From: Lama guanicoe
Lineage: Eukaryota
Reading direction: 5' to 3'
Assembly: GCA_013239625.1 (NCBI GenBank)
Contig: MU053792.1
Location: 824,112-888,111, forward strand
Length of the DNA: 64,000 nt
The notes below the pieces were generated by a model that was not told the origin of the DNA, did not search any database, and saw nothing but the letters and a program-made list of their open reading frames with translations. A program made the translations under genes and the position numbers. Shown in pieces: positions 11,813 through 25,699 of this stretch (the first letter of the stretch is position 1; each line of letters starts with the position of its first letter).

Positions 11813-13889
11813 ATGCTTTCATTTGTCAAAGCAAAGAGGAAAAATAATTGATCATTAACTACTCATGGTATGTTTATCTGTAAGATGCATGATAAGAACC
11901 AGTTTCTGGTTATTTAAATACTTTGGGAATCCACATATACATCCTTCTTTTTATACATACTATTTCTTTGTTAGTAATTCTAAAAATTAAGAAACTTATA
12001 TTTGGAATTTGGAAAACGGAGCCCATTTTAAAATTACTGATTTTTCTAATGTCCATTGCACATAAATTGTTTTGACAATATCTGTAGTTAGTTTTGAAGA
12101 GGAAAGGAAGAAACTGTTCATATGCATTCATGTGAAATTTCAGAAATTATTGTCATATGCATTCCTATCTTGATTCTTAACAAAGTGGAGCTGAGATGGT
12201 TTTACAATAGAATGACAACATAAATACATAATATACATAGGGTATACTAAGGAATGTTCATATATGGAATTATACATGTATGTAGTTACACATGTATATT
12301 TGCATTTACATATAAATGAATATTACACAATACACACTATATATGTATGTTATCTTAAAAGAAATAGAGGACAAAGGCAAGAAAAAGAAGTAAAAATCAG
12401 CCATGCAAACACAAGAGCTAATAAAGTTATAATAATTAAGCATAACATTTGTCCTGTACGGCTTAGTAATTAGTGGGGAAAAAAGGGAAATTGCTAATTG
12501 CATAATTCCTGTTACTATAAATTATTGAGTTTACAAGTTGCCTAAGAAAGATCACCCTGATGATGCAGTCATAAAGATAGGTTAAATCTGAGAGCGTATT
12601 TAGAGGATATTGGATAAAAACACTTCTTTATAGAGGTTTACAGCACATGCAGAAACTGACTAGTGGGTTACTCAGCAAAGTCAATACACAACATTAAATG
12701 TACTTTGTGAACCCAGTGCTGCAGGCGGAACTAAGCTGGTGCCGTCCGGTGACCCACTCTGACACAGTCTAGAGTGTGAAATGTGTAAGTGACTAAAGGG
12801 GCAGAGTACCAATCTCCTTTTCTCTCCCAGCCCTCGATGAAAGGACAGCAGATTATTCAAGAGTGTATTTAATGAGGTCTTAGAACACTAGTTTTCTTAT
12901 CATTGATTGAGTCAACATCCATACGTTTTGAGAACCAAATGATCAAGTGTCAGGAGAAGACGTTTTATTCTGATTGCCGAAAAACATACAGAAAAGGTAT
13001 CCTTGCCTCCCTGCAGAAAATTATTTGTAGACAAAGTTAGACTGTTTCCCACAAAGCATCTTTGTATCTGTCAAGCCAACCATGTAAGTACTTGCTTGAT
13101 TGTGACCCCAAAGTTCCAAATCATAAGGGAGAAATGTTTAGATTTGGAAATAACAAGTATTAAAACTGACCCACTTGAGCCACTGAAAATCCCCTAGAAA
13201 GGGCCCTATAGAATATTTGATTATGGGCCACTTAACCATCTGGTGGACCTGCCAGCTTGGATGAACTGGAAAATGTACCCCATGAAATATAATGAGTAGC
13301 CTTATTGGATGAAGCTTTGTAGAATTAACCAATTTCATTTTGGATAATGTCTACCAAAAATAATAATTTTAATTTTGACTTTTTTTTTGTCAAGTAAGCC
13401 AATCTTTTTGGCAGCAGTTGGATGACAAAAGCTTTTGTCTTTTCAAATCATATCTGGTTCATAAAAATGATATTCACTACCATAATGGAGAATATTTGTC
13501 ATTATTTATTATAAAACAGCCTTTGTCTAAAATGTAAAAGTAATACAAGATCATTAAGGTACAACCCAAAATAAGGAGGGCTAGAATACAGCTCTTTTTT
13601 GTACTCTTTAAAATTTCAGATTAATTGTGTTATATCGTCTTAATTTTTGAGGCAATATAAAAATGTAGCATATTTGGAAGTAGTGCTGTCTGGGGACATC
13701 GAGTTAGCTCATAGGCTTTTTGACCTTTTAACAGAAAGAAATAACAGCACAGTGAAAGTTACAAACTCTCTCATGCAGTTTTTGGAATTTGTATTAAAGT
13801 GAGAGACGTAACAGGATACGTAGAATAATTATATCTATAAATTCCTTCTACCAAACATGTATTTCTTTGGATTCAAAGCTATTTGAGTT

Positions 13890-14755
13890 AGTTCCTATCC
13901 TGGGGGAAAACAGAGAGCTCACTCTGACCGGGTAATTGTTATGGTCTGAGTACTTGTGTCCTCCGTTCCAAGAATTCGTATGTTGAAATCCTAACTCCCA
14001 GTGTGAGGGCATTAAAAGGTGGAGACTTCGGGGACTGACTAGGTCGTGATCATGAAGCCCTCATGATTGTGTTTAGTGTCCTTAACAAAAGAGATCCCAG
14101 AGAGCGAGCTCACTCCTTCTGCCTTCTGCCACGTGAAGTTACAGAGCTCCCACTGGATAAGCTGGCCCACAACATGGGCCGTGACCGAATCTGCCCAGCG
14201 CCATGATCCTGAACTTCGCGGACCGCACAACTGTGAGAAATAAGTGTTTGTTGTTTATAAACCTCTCAGTTTGTGTTATTTTTGTTAAAGCAGCCGAAAC
14301 AGATTAAGACAGTAATCGAGAATTGTTTAATAACAGTACTGCATAAAATAGTGTTGGCGGGGTTTAGGGACACCAGCAAGGAAAGGGATGGTGCGATATC
14401 CAAGAGCTAACACAACAGGGAGCCTTTACCTCCACAGATGTGAACGCACAAGAAAGTGGAGAATGTGTCTGCGTGGGGAGTGTAGCTGTGTGGAGAATGC
14501 TGAATGGCAGGGACTATGGCCCATTATTTAAGGGATGCAGTGGTCCCAGATTGACCTGGCAGGGAAGGAATCATGAAAAATACCCTGACATCACCCTTTT
14601 CTAGCCCTTTGGTATGTTGCAACTGACTTCCTTTAATCGACTCAACTGGAAGCCAAAGATGATAAATTCAGATCCTACTGGTCAGCCGTCTCTACCATCA
14701 ACACAAGATAAGACGGGGAAAAATGAAAGATGTATCTGGATGAACAATCCAGCAC
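13890..14755. mobile_element. Ancient ERV-type LTR interrupted by the MLT1A-like LTR
   Basis: Flanks join across the TSD into LTR-like text (ggaaaacagagagctcactctg...ggtaat...gtttaataac...agggacaccagcaagg...gagctaacacaacagggagc...atccagcaca). Family not certain. Confidence 0.45.
13937..14311 (+). mobile_element. MaLR solo LTR (MLT1A-like)
   Basis: TG...CA ends (tgttatggtctg...taagaca), 375 bp, perfect 5-bp TSD GTAAT (13932-13936 and 14312-14316), typical tatgttgaaatcctaactcccagtgtg and actgtgagaaataa motifs. Confidence 0.9.
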
Positions 14756-15444
14756 AGTACCCAAGAAAAGACACAGCATAAAATCTGAGTAGAGATAACT
14801 AGCAAAATAATAAATCTATAGTTTTGAATATATGCAAGCTTGCCTTTTGTAAAATGAATGGCTAATTGAGAATATGAGTGGTTAATTTGACAAGGATGCT
14901 GAACTACCTATTTAAACAAAGCAGCAGCAGCAGTGCAGAAGAGGAAGTTTTGGTGTGAAGTGATGGAACAAATGACGCAGGACCAGGGCACAAGCCCCAG
15001 ATAAGGAGGGGGCTGAGCTACATGCACTGGGAAGCAACTGTCCTAGGTCTAGTAGACTAGAATAAATAGAATTTCATGCAATAGTGATGCTCGCTCCCCT
15101 TCTGCATGCTTAACTACCAAAGAAAGCATAAATATCTCAAACTTTACATTCATACTTAGCCCTAATAACCAACCCTGGATTTTCCTACTGGAATTTATCA
15201 TTCTGAAAAAAAAATTAAAAAGGTTTCTAAAAGGATTTGAACCTAATAAATTACTCAGTATTTTTTCTGTATTTTATATGTCTTACTGCCTTACTAAACT
15301 TTTCAATTTTAGAGAGATAATAACCAGTGTTTTCCCAAATATAAAGCAAACAGAATAGGTTTAACATGACAAATATCTTTTGAGATTTAATCTAGAACTC
15401 CTTCCATGTTCCCCTTTTTCAAAGAACAACTGAAATGGAGTATT

Positions 15445-15750
15445 AGAAGGCAAATATTCATTATAGTATTTTTCACAAGAGCAAAAAAATGGAACAATCT
15501 TAATAGGGATACCAGTAAACTTTAGAAAAGCCTCATGACATAATATTAAGCAATCCTTAAAATAGTGCTTGTTAACTTTTTAACAGCATAGATAAATAAT
15601 TATTTTATGGAGGAAAAGCATGCATACAATATCGGCATTCACATTTGTGAGACTATAAATAAGAGAAACTGGAGGAAATTCAACAAATATTAACAGATAG
15701 CTTTGGACTGTAGGTTTATGGTTGATTTTTTAAATTTTTTGTTACTTTAT
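15445..15750 (+). mobile_element. Old L1 (L1M-type) 3' fragment
   Basis: atattcattatagtatttttcacaagagcaaaaaaatggaacaatct and ctggaggaaattcaacaaatattaacag motifs; heavily diverged. Confidence 0.45.
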
Positions 15751-17069
15751 ACACATCTCTTACTATCTCTCTGTCTCTCTCTCTATAAATATCTCTCTAT
15801 ATATGCATATAGATAGATACCTAGAGAAATGGGTGAATGACTTTTAAAAATAGGAAAATGTTAAATAGCTATACTTGTTAAAAACCCATGGGAACCTTTA
15901 ACAATTTCTTCAAGTATCAGAAAGTTGCAAAGGTGTACTGATTTGAGCCTAGTCTTTTAGTAAATTTTGTGCTGATTTGCCATCTGAGACATTGTTAAGT
16001 TGTACGAGAAATGTTTTGATCACTTGATCAGGGATAATATGCGAGAAAGATCCAAGACAGTTCCTTTTGTGGAAAAGAAGTCATCTTAGCTCATGCCTGC
16101 TCTCAGCTCTGTGTATTAAAACTCAGATGAGAGCCTTTGCAGCATATGCGTCAAATAGGCAACATCACATTTATCTTACATGGTCACATATCTCAAATGG
16201 CATGTTTAATTTATCTTTAAAATATTCTTTCTTCATTTCGGTGCAGCTCAATTTAATTACAGTAAATTAGGAGCCTTTAAAATTTTTAGGCTGATGCTTG
16301 AATTGAAAGACCTAAGTAAAGGCAAAAAAAAAAAGTAAAGAAAAGAGAAATGAGTTTCATTTTATGCACAATTGTAAATGTCTGTGGAAAGAATTTTGCT
16401 AGAAAGAGAGCACTCCAGTACTACTTGATTTCTGTTTATAAAGGTCATAAAGGTATGTTGCAATTTAGTAATGATGTTATTTATCAAAAACAAAAATATT
16501 TGTAACATATTAGCCTGTTTTTATTCCACATCAAGTTATCTATAAACAGGGATTTAATCTGAATTACATTTTAAAAAAGAAAAATTATGGTGTTGTTTAT
16601 AATAAGAAAAAATGGAAATAACCTAAATGTTAAATAAAATATGATACACCAGCCTGTGGCATACTATGTTACCCTTAACATTCATTATATACGGCTGTGT
16701 TATCTGACCTGAAAACATACACCTGAATCTATTATTAAAGAAAAGTGAGGTTACAAAAAAGTGCATATAGAGAAATGATGTCTTCCCTCCAGGACCGTGC
16801 TGCACCAGTGGTCCTTTTGAATGACCAATATCACATGACTGATTAAATATTTTGGATATCAGCTCTATAGGTATAGTAAATCACTTTGTAAGCTATAATA
16901 ACTGAAAATAATCTAAGTGCATCAAGAAGAGATGACAGAGAAATGAAGGAGGGATAGATGGAGAGGGGAAGGCAGAACGGGAGGAGAGGGAGACAGAATG
17001 AAAGGAAGGAGAGAAAGAAAGAAAAAGAGACTTCTGGAGCCTCGTTTTATGTTCCATTTTTTAGAGTCT

Positions 17070-17190
17070 CTAGTCTTCAGGTACTGATTTTGCCACTGAC
17101 TTCTTAGGTGTCTATCATTTCCTCTACCTCAAACTCAGTTCCCTTATCTATAAAATGAGAGTTGCGTTCTTTCATCTTTAAAGTTTTATG
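17070..17190 (+). mobile_element. MIR SINE fragment
   Basis: tgccactgac...ctcagttcccttatctataaaatgaga core motif. Confidence 0.55.
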
Positions 17191-18652
17191 GCTGCTAAAT
17201 ATGAAAATAGTGCTCAGTAACTACTCAGCTAAATTCAATCATTTTAAATTATTGCGTAGTAATAGTTGCTTTGCATTTTGTGCAAAAGTATATGGAAAAT
17301 GGTGTCATTATACAATAGGATAATACTCACTGGGGAAAGGTATGCCATGATTTTAGTCTTCACTCTTGTCTTTCTTGGATCCAAAGCAAAACAGGAGACA
17401 TGATTGACTCGGTTTATATTCATACTGTTTTACAAAGGGTCTAGATTACGAGGATCTAGATTAGGATCTTGATTTGGAAAGGCAAACTCTTTCCTCATTT
17501 GCGTTGTAAAAGGAATTTATCAGGGTTCTTTCTGATACAAGGGACATGAAGAATGCTTTGTGTCTTGTAAAATATCTGATGCTGAGCTTCAAATAAATAA
17601 ATACACTATAAAGACTCATGTTTGATAATTAGGTCCTTGTGAACAGCTTATTCTTGAGATCACTTTCCTCAAATAGTGATTGCTAAACTGGAATTTTAAG
17701 AGGAAACTGGGACAGTGATAGGCAAGAAAGTATACTAGTTTGGAAGTCAGGAGAATCCTGTCTTAGTCTCTACCATCCCCAGCACTGACATCTTGGTAAG
17801 TCATTGTTTAGGGACTTTGGACTACATCATCCTTAAAGTCTCTTTGGGCTGCAAATAATCAATGAGATCTTAGATTTGCTAGGAGAGCAGGAATGCATTC
17901 CCAGTTGCAAAGAGAGTCTATATACTCCCCATAAAATATACGCAGATGGCAGAGCTGACATTCTGTTACAAAATTCAGAAATTTAACTTATACTCTCTTG
18001 TAGCTATAAGACCACCCCACATCTACAAAGAGGTGAGTCCCAGGGAAAAATAAAAAGCTTTTTTGAACTCTAGAGTTTTCCAATTTGAATTTTTTTTTAA
18101 GGAAAACACTTTTTTCCCCATATTGTACTGAAATAGTGCTTAAGGAAGTCAGCGTACAAAACTTGCTAGAATTGTCAAACATGGAAAGGAGTAGGATAAA
18201 AAGCAACCCATGCTTAACGAAGTCAGCATTATTGGGGGAACCATTCAGTACAGATTCTCATTTAACTCTAAGCATCCATCTGCAAATGGGCACAGTCTTA
18301 GAAATGGACTATGATGTATTTTTCACAAATGCCAAGCACTAAAAGCTTCTTAGAACAAAGACAATAGTTGAGTTCAAGTATTATAATTACATTAATAACA
18401 TTATCAGCCTTGAGGGAACATCTGGAGTTTAAAATAGAGAATATAATTCAAATTTTACATGTTAAAAAGCACATAATGAAGATATTTGTATTAACTTAAT
18501 GTGTGGGATGCTTTATGATAACTAAACAAATAAAAATCAAATTCACTGGCACAATTAATTTGATAGTGACTTAGTGGTTTCATTAAAATGAACCTTGAAA
18601 ATCTTGAGTTTCAATGAAGACGTCAGTGGTAACTACACAGACACTCTATAGG

Positions 18653-21400
18653 GTTTTTTTTGTATCTATGTATTTTTGAAGTATAGTCAATTTATAATGT
18701 TGTATAAATTTCTGGTGTACAGGATCAATGCTTCAGTCATACATGAATGTACATATATTCTTTTTCACCATAAGTTAAACTGGTAGCCATGTAAGCTCAA
18801 ACACTTACTAAAAAGAATGAATAAACAAAAAAAAAAGAATAAAAAGAAGAGATAGAAAAAAATCTATATTTTCTTGCTCCCCTTTCCCACCTTTTATGAT
18901 TTTGATGTCCTTTTTTTTGTCATCTTACTGTTTATTCTCTTGCAACTCACCATGGTTATTGCATTTCCAATTATGTTTTCTTGTCTCTATGGCTTCCTGC
19001 TCTTCTCTTTAGAGTAGAACTTTCAATATTTCTTTTAGCATAAGTTTAGTGTTGCTGAATTCTTTCAGTTTTTGCTTGTCTGTGAAATTCTTTATCTCTC
19101 TTTCTGTTCTAAAGGATAGCCTTGCCAAACAATGGATCCTAGATTGCAGATGTTTCTCATTCAGAACTTTGAATATATCTTGCCACTCCCTTCTGTCCTG
19201 CAGTGTTTGTGTGTAGAGAAACTAAAAGCCTTATGGGGGTCCCCTTGTTACTAACTCTTTGTTTTTCTCCTGCTGCCTTTAGAATTGTTTCTTCATCTTT
19301 AACTTTAGCCGTCTGAATTATAGTATGTCTTGTAGGTCTATTTAGGTTCTTCTTTTTTGGGACTCTCTGTGCCTCCTGTACTTGGTTATCTATTTCCTCC
19401 TTTAGGTTTGGGAAATTATCAGTCATGATTTCTTCAAATACCTTTTCAATCCCTGTTTCTCTTTCTTCTCCTTTTAGGACCCCAATTACGTGCAGGTTGG
19501 CATGCTTTATATTATCCCATAGGCCCCTTATATTGTTTTCTGTGGTTTTTCCTTGCTTTTCTGTCTGCTGTTCTGATGGGGTGACTTCAGCTATCCTGTC
19601 TTCTAAGTCACTTTTTTGTTTCTCTGCATTATCTAGTCTGCTTTTGACTTCCTTTAGCTCAATTCTTATCTCAGCCATTGAGTTTTCTGTTTTTAATTGG
19701 CTCTTTTTTAGAGTTTCTGTTTCCTTTTTATAGTATTCTCTGTCTCTATTCATAGTCTCTCTTGTTTCCTTCAGTGCTTTTATCACCCCTTTTGGAAGCT
19801 ATGTTCTAGTGGACTGCTGAGGTCTATATCATTGTTCGTTCTTTCAGGGGACTTCTCTTGTTCTTTTCGTTGGGAGTGGTTCCTCTGCTTCCTTTTGCTT
19901 GTATCTCTCTGGCTGTGTGGATTTAGGAGCATCAGTCATCCACTGTGGGCTTGAAGGGCTGTTTTTATTTGTTTGTTTGTTTCTATTTAAAGTGGGGGCA
20001 TTCCTGTGCAGACGGTGTGCAGCTAACAGTTCTGTTGCGAGGGCTGTTCTTAGTGCAGATGGATACGAAGTCTTTCTTCTGTGTGTGTTGGCTGTTATCG
20101 CTTTGATTATGAGTGCAGGTGGTGTCGTGGTGATCAGAGCCTGCCCTGGTTGTTGCTGTTGAGTGGGGCCTCCTTGTCTGTTCTGTGCTCATCACGGCTG
20201 GGAAGAAGAGTTGGCAGGAGATGTCCACAAGGAAGAGCCCTTTGTGGTGGTGTCTGTCATTTGTTATGCAGGCCTATGAAGTAGTCTTTGTTTCTGCCAC
20301 CTTTGTCCTGGCCTTAGCTGCAGAAATGTCAGCCACCTGCTCTGGTGTCCCCCAGGTTCTGGGCCCCTGGAACCACCAGAATGGATCTGCCGATGTCAGG
20401 CACTAGGATTCATCGGAGCAAGTGTGTAGTCACACACCTGAATGTGTGGTGCACCACAGGGTCAGTGCAGACCCCAGCCCCACCTCCATGTAAGGTACCA
20501 TGGAGTATGCCAGCCTGTTGTAAACACCCATACTCACCCGCCATGTGCCAGAACTCTGCCCACTGCCTGTTCATCCCAGAAGCACAGGTTCACAAAAATA
20601 TCAGTGGAGCAAATCCACCTTCTCCGCCTGGGGCTATAAACAAATCTCAGTCCCACTTGAGAAGCTGCTGGGCCACTGGGTATGGATTCAGCTTTCGGCC
20701 CTGCCTCTGTGCAGCAGCAGTGGCTATGACCAAGCCCCACTTCTCTTCCCATGAGAACACACCAACAGTAGAGCCAAACGGAGGCACTAGTTATGGGGTG
20801 ACTGTGCTGTGCCCTCCCCCCTTGCACACCAGCAGTGGTGCTTTTTCACAAGGTCCCAGGCTCTTCTATTCTGCACACACACCGCCAGCCAGATCTCACA
20901 ACACCTTCCAGTCCCCTGAGGCTGCCTCTGCTCCGGGGCCCAGCCCGCTCCCCGGGCTCCTCACTGATCTCCAGCAGCAAGTCCTAGCTTGTGTCTGCTG
21001 GCTGGCATCTAGGGCTGGGGGTCACAGGGACCCTCCACACCAGTTTCTCTTAATTCTGCCTGCCAAACAGTGGTCACTTCCTCCTTTGAGCCTCAGAAGC
21101 TCCACTTCTGTCCCTGCTGATCTCCTGGCTGGAAGGGGGTCCCAGCAAGAGGGTGCATTTCTTCCTTTGCTGCTCTCCCCTGCAGGACCATCATACATTG
21201 ATTTTCTTTTTCTTTTTTCTTTTTTTTTTTCTCTTACCGGATTTTGTGAGAATCCTCCTGTATTTCAAAGTGAGAGACATCTGCCAGAGTTTGGTAGGTG
21301 TTCTGTGTGATTCAGTGGGTCTTTAGATATAATTCTTGGTGTATTTGTGGTAGAGAGTGAGCCATGAATCTCTCTACTCCACTATCTTGACACCTCCCCC
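18653..21400 (-). mobile_element. LINE-1 derivative: 5'UTR + ORF1 + inter-ORF joined to the terminal 3'UTR, ORF2 absent
   Basis: 5' end rc gggggaggtgtcaagatagtggag at ~21400; GC-rich 5'UTR 19900-21400; ORF1 19009-~19897; inter-ORF 18780-19008; 3' terminal segment 18653-18776. Confidence 0.82.
19009..19897 (-). pseudogene. L1 ORF1p remnant (frameshifted near the C-terminus)
   Basis: ORF 19157-19786 gives a coiled coil and LWDNIKHANLHVIGV...EIMTDNFPNL...QVQEAQRVP...PTRHTII...KGTPIRL; the C-terminal SNTKLMLKEILKVLL* lies in another frame, ending at 19009. Confidence 0.85.
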
Positions 21401-22261
21401 TGATTGTATATAGCACGTTGATTCAGAAATCAAAGCAGGTGCTGACTTATAGCCATATTATAGTTGATGAAAAAACGAATAACTTGATCTGACTTTTCAT
21501 CCTTATTATACAAAATTTGGCTCAAATTTGTTACAATTATAAAATTATATACAGTTATTTCTATATCCATTACAAGTCTCAGGCAAGCACATTCTAATTA
21601 AAAATACAAGTACTTATTGGTTTTACTATCTTAATATTTATTCAGAAATCACCTACATTAACCCCTGCATTGGCAAAATCCATCCCATACTGTGATTCAA
21701 ATATAACTTATGAAATAATTCTATAGGTTTTTGTGACTCTTTCTAGAAGGGAAGAATTTGTGTAAGCATATAGGTAAATCTAAACAGTAATTCAAAATCC
21801 TTTTCACCAGATCTGACCTAATTCTACCATTTAATGTTTGATATCCTAACCGAGAGAAAGCAAGCAGTTTATGGCATGTCCTGAGCAGTGCCAAGGATGA
21901 CACCGTTAACCAAACTTGAGCTCAGGGCAGCATTCACAGACAACTGTCAAAGACGAAACTTTCTTCATTATTGTCATCTTTTCAGTAGATGTAACATTTG
22001 GGCCAGATCTCCAGAAACTGTTAGGGAGAAAGTGCTGAAAGGAGGGTGCTCTATTTCTCTGTTCTCTAGTGTTAAAGCATCAAGCATATCCCAAACATGA
22101 ATGCAGAAGATACAGGACTCCTTGGAAATACTCATGGTGCCTAGGAGTGCTTCACAGTCAGGGATATCTCTGTGTCAAAATTAAATTCTTAAGAGTGAAA
22201 TAAAATTAATCCAACCAGAATAAAAACGTTCATTGTATTATAGACCATATCATAGAGGAGA

Positions 22262-22455
22262 ACAGAGGGCAGACTTTGATGTCAGACAGAATGAAGCTCT
22301 ACCAGTAAACAGCTAAGTGATCTTAGCCAAGAACTTAACTTCTCTATCATCAGTTTCCTTTATAGAAGATGAAGCTATTAAAGCTAACACCATGCCCACA
22401 AAGCAGTAAGTGCAGGCTGCTGTGGATTAGGTGGACCTTCAGTAATTGTTAGTTA
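22262..22455 (+). mobile_element. MIR SINE
   Basis: gcagactttgatgtcagacaga...gtgatcttagccaagaacttaacttctct...cagtttcc core. Confidence 0.6.
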
Positions 22456-23084
22456 GCTTTATTATTACCTTTATTACTATTATGCTTGATCAGATGGGGG
22501 AAGGAATATATAAAAAGGCAGAGTTTTTACACTTTGCCATTCAATTCAATCTAACTCATATTGACATTATTCTTTCCTTTGTGTGGAAAAAAAACTAGAG
22601 AAACAGAAATGAATAAGAGATCATCTCATATTTAAAGAGAGCTAGATAGGCAAACTAGAAACTGAAATTATTGTAAGTCAACATCCTTGAGATCAATAAC
22701 TGTGACATACTGTGTACTCAGTACTTTGAAAAGTAGCAAATAGTGCTTACTTGATTAAAAAAATTCAGTGAGACATGAGTTATAATTGCTGTAGAGGTAG
22801 CTATGGGAATACAAATTAAAAAGACAGCAACTCAATTTAAGAAGGTCAGAGAAGTCTTCAAAGTTGGCCTCAAGCTAAAAGCTGAGGCTAAAAGTAGGGT
22901 TGGAATTTGCAAGTGAGGATAAAGAATACAGACCTTCTTAGCTCAAAGAACTACCATTACGCTGCATTAAGACATGAGAGAAGCAGTTTATTCAGTAAAC
23001 TAGCCATCTCTAGTATTACTCGAGTGATACATGTGTAAGAAAAACAGTGAATGATTGGTTCAGAAAGATAAGCACCCCTCGCGC

Positions 23085-23320
23085 CATCACCTCCAGTCAT
23101 TTCTGTCCCATTGTTCCTTCTTTTTCTTTCATAGCACTTACTACCTTTTGTCATTATATTATAAATGTACTTTATATTTGTTTATTGTCTGCCTCAGCCA
23201 CTGGAGTGTAAGCTTCATGAAGGTAGGCACATTTTACTGTTTTTATTATTTCTGTGTCTTCAGCCCCTAGAACAATAGCGTGACAGATAGTAGACATTCA
23301 ATAAGTATTCACTGAATGAA
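23085..23320 (+). mobile_element. LINE-2 3' end
   Basis: tttattgtctgcctc...tgtaagcttcatgaaggtagg...tagacattcaataagtattcactgaatgaa. Confidence 0.7.
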
Positions 23321-23388
23321 AAATAAAAGAATATGTAGGGACTTGCTTATGAGAAAGCTTAAATATAATATTTAAGAAGGAATATCAG

Positions 23389-23503
23389 CAGTGAATATAT
23401 GCATGCTCATGTATAACTGAAAAATTGTGCTCTACACTGGAAATTGGCACAACATTGTAAGCTGACTAAAACTCAATAAAATTATTTTTTTAAAAAAAAA
23501 AAG
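23389..23503 (+). mobile_element. Very short, young L1 3' end
   Basis: Terminal 3'UTR with aataaa and A-tail; TSD aagaag(g/a)aatatcag at 23374-23388 and 23504-23518, preceded by TT (L1 endonuclease-type site). Confidence 0.88.
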
Positions 23504-23782
23504 AAGAAGAAATATCAGGATTGAGTTGGTTTGAAGGTGGAGACAAGTGACAAGTTGGAGAGTATCTCTGGGCTTCTGATTAAAGTGACTGAGTAAATAA
23601 GTAACAAGAGTTAAATTTTTGTCTTCATTTTTGAGACGGTGTGGGATGTTGAGTTACACTTTGTGATTCTTCCAGGGTTGCCGGAGGAAGTCTCTCACCT
23701 GTCAAGAATTCACAAAGCACTCCCCTCAAAGGCACAACGGCATTCTACATTTACCCTACCATAAGGAATAAAGCTGACTTTT

Positions 23783-24037
23783 TTTTAACATTTTTTTATT
23801 GGTTTATAATCATTTTACAATGTTGTGTCAAATTCCAGTGTAGAGCACAATTTTTCAGTTATACATGAACATATATATATTCATTGTCGCATTTTTTTCT
23901 CTGTGAGCTACCATGAGAGCTTGTGTATACTTCCCTGTGCTTTACAGTATAATCTTGTTTATTTATTCTACAATTTTGAAATCCCGTCTGTCCCTTCCCA
24001 CCCTCTGCCCCCTTGGCAACCACAGGTTTGTATTCTA
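23783..24037 (-). mobile_element. Short, young L1 3' end
   Basis: Nearly identical to the 37353-37610 sequence; perfect TSD aaagctgactttt at 23770-23782 and 24038-24050. Confidence 0.92.
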
Positions 24038-25699
24038 AAAGCTGACTTTTATTAACAGCAAACTATTAGAACTAATCAAATCCTACATTAATCATCTTCT
24101 TTGCATACAAGTCAAAAGTCGACAATTAAGAATTCAAATAACTTGCCTCAGAACCGTACAGTTGAAATGAGAAACACAATTTTTGCAGTGGAAAGTGAAC
24201 TGAGTCTACCACTGGAACCATCACTTGTGACCCGGCATGCTGTTCAAAACATCAGTCTTTATTTAGATGATTAACTCTGTGTCTTTTCTCCACTAAAGAA
24301 ATTTAATAATGAGCAATCAAATATATTCATTCTCACAGTCAGTGACACGAGTTTACAATTACTTGTTGGAATTGAGCTAGCCCCAGTGGGATATAAAAAT
24401 AGGCTAATCGCATGGTGACTGCTAACTTCATCCTGTGATTCTTCCTGCTAAAAGCAAACCTTGTCTCACTAATTGTGTGCAGATCCTTCCACCAGAACCA
24501 TCACAAGAGAATTCTCTTCTGCTACTCCTTTTCTAAAGAAAAGACAAAAGTAATATTTTAAAATATCACGTTCAAATCAACCCAAATGAATTATTTTGGC
24601 TTTGCATGTAAAAGCCAGATCCAAACTAGTATTATTCACAGTACACAGTTTGGAATTTTAGTGTAATAAACTGATGTTTAATATGCTGTGTGATACTTCT
24701 GTGTGTTTTGTTTCTAGTGATTGATTTCATAATTAATTAATGAGACATACTGGCCTCAAATTTCAACATAAGATACAATAAATTAATGAGTCTTTTAAGA
24801 ACCAAAATGCTACATAGACTGTTGGTTATCTTGGATTTTCAACCAAGGAACAAACTCCTTAGGGTTAGCTGGGGATTTGTTTTCATGAACCAAAAGTACG
24901 TCTGTTTTTATCACTTAGAATAGAGTCCTTTCTAACATAGATTTCACACTTCCTTTAATTCTAAGTTTTTTGAGGCTTGTTTTAGGCTTAATAATGAATC
25001 AAGATGGTTGCTATGAAGACCGATCACAAAAACTTAAGAAAAATTTCCAGGCACAACCTAAGGACTTTCACATTATTTATGCATTCAAACAACTCTTTGC
25101 TGAGGTGTGCAGGGCTCTAGGCTCCTACAATCTGTGAACTCCCTCTGCCCCAGTTTGGGAGTTTTTGTATTCACCTGTCACATTCTCTTAGGGTCTAGCT
25201 ATGTAGATTAAGTCATCTTCATATTGCTCTAATTCCACTGAATATTATAGATTATAGATTCAGAAGTTATCTCTAGCTTGAAACATAAAACGTTTGTTGA
25301 AATGTGAATATTTTAGACCAATAGAAATGGCAATTTCATGTGGCTCCACTTGATACAATGGAAAATCTCCTGGCTTTTATCTTTTATATAGACAAGTACA
25401 GAATGAGGGGGGAAATACAGAATTTGGAGAAAAGCAAGCACCTGGCATTCTCCTTTCCCTTATCTTTTTAAGCACGAAGCTAGATTAGAGGAGTTATTGC
25501 GTTGCAGCTGTATTAATTTAGCAGCCTCCTATTTGGATTATATTTCCTTCTTCTTCTACTTGAATCATTGATTTCGACTAATACTATGAATGCTAATATT
25601 ATGAAAGGAATTTTATAGATCTGTCTCTTCTCTGCTCCCAAGTGTCCAGTGTCTTCCAGTTGCTGATGAAGTAAAATTTAACTTCCAGCATTTTGTAGC

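Noticed and set aside
15762..15820. (CT)/(AT)/(AGAT) tract with hairpin potential
   Set aside because: Low-complexity microsatellite; self-complementarity is expected by composition.
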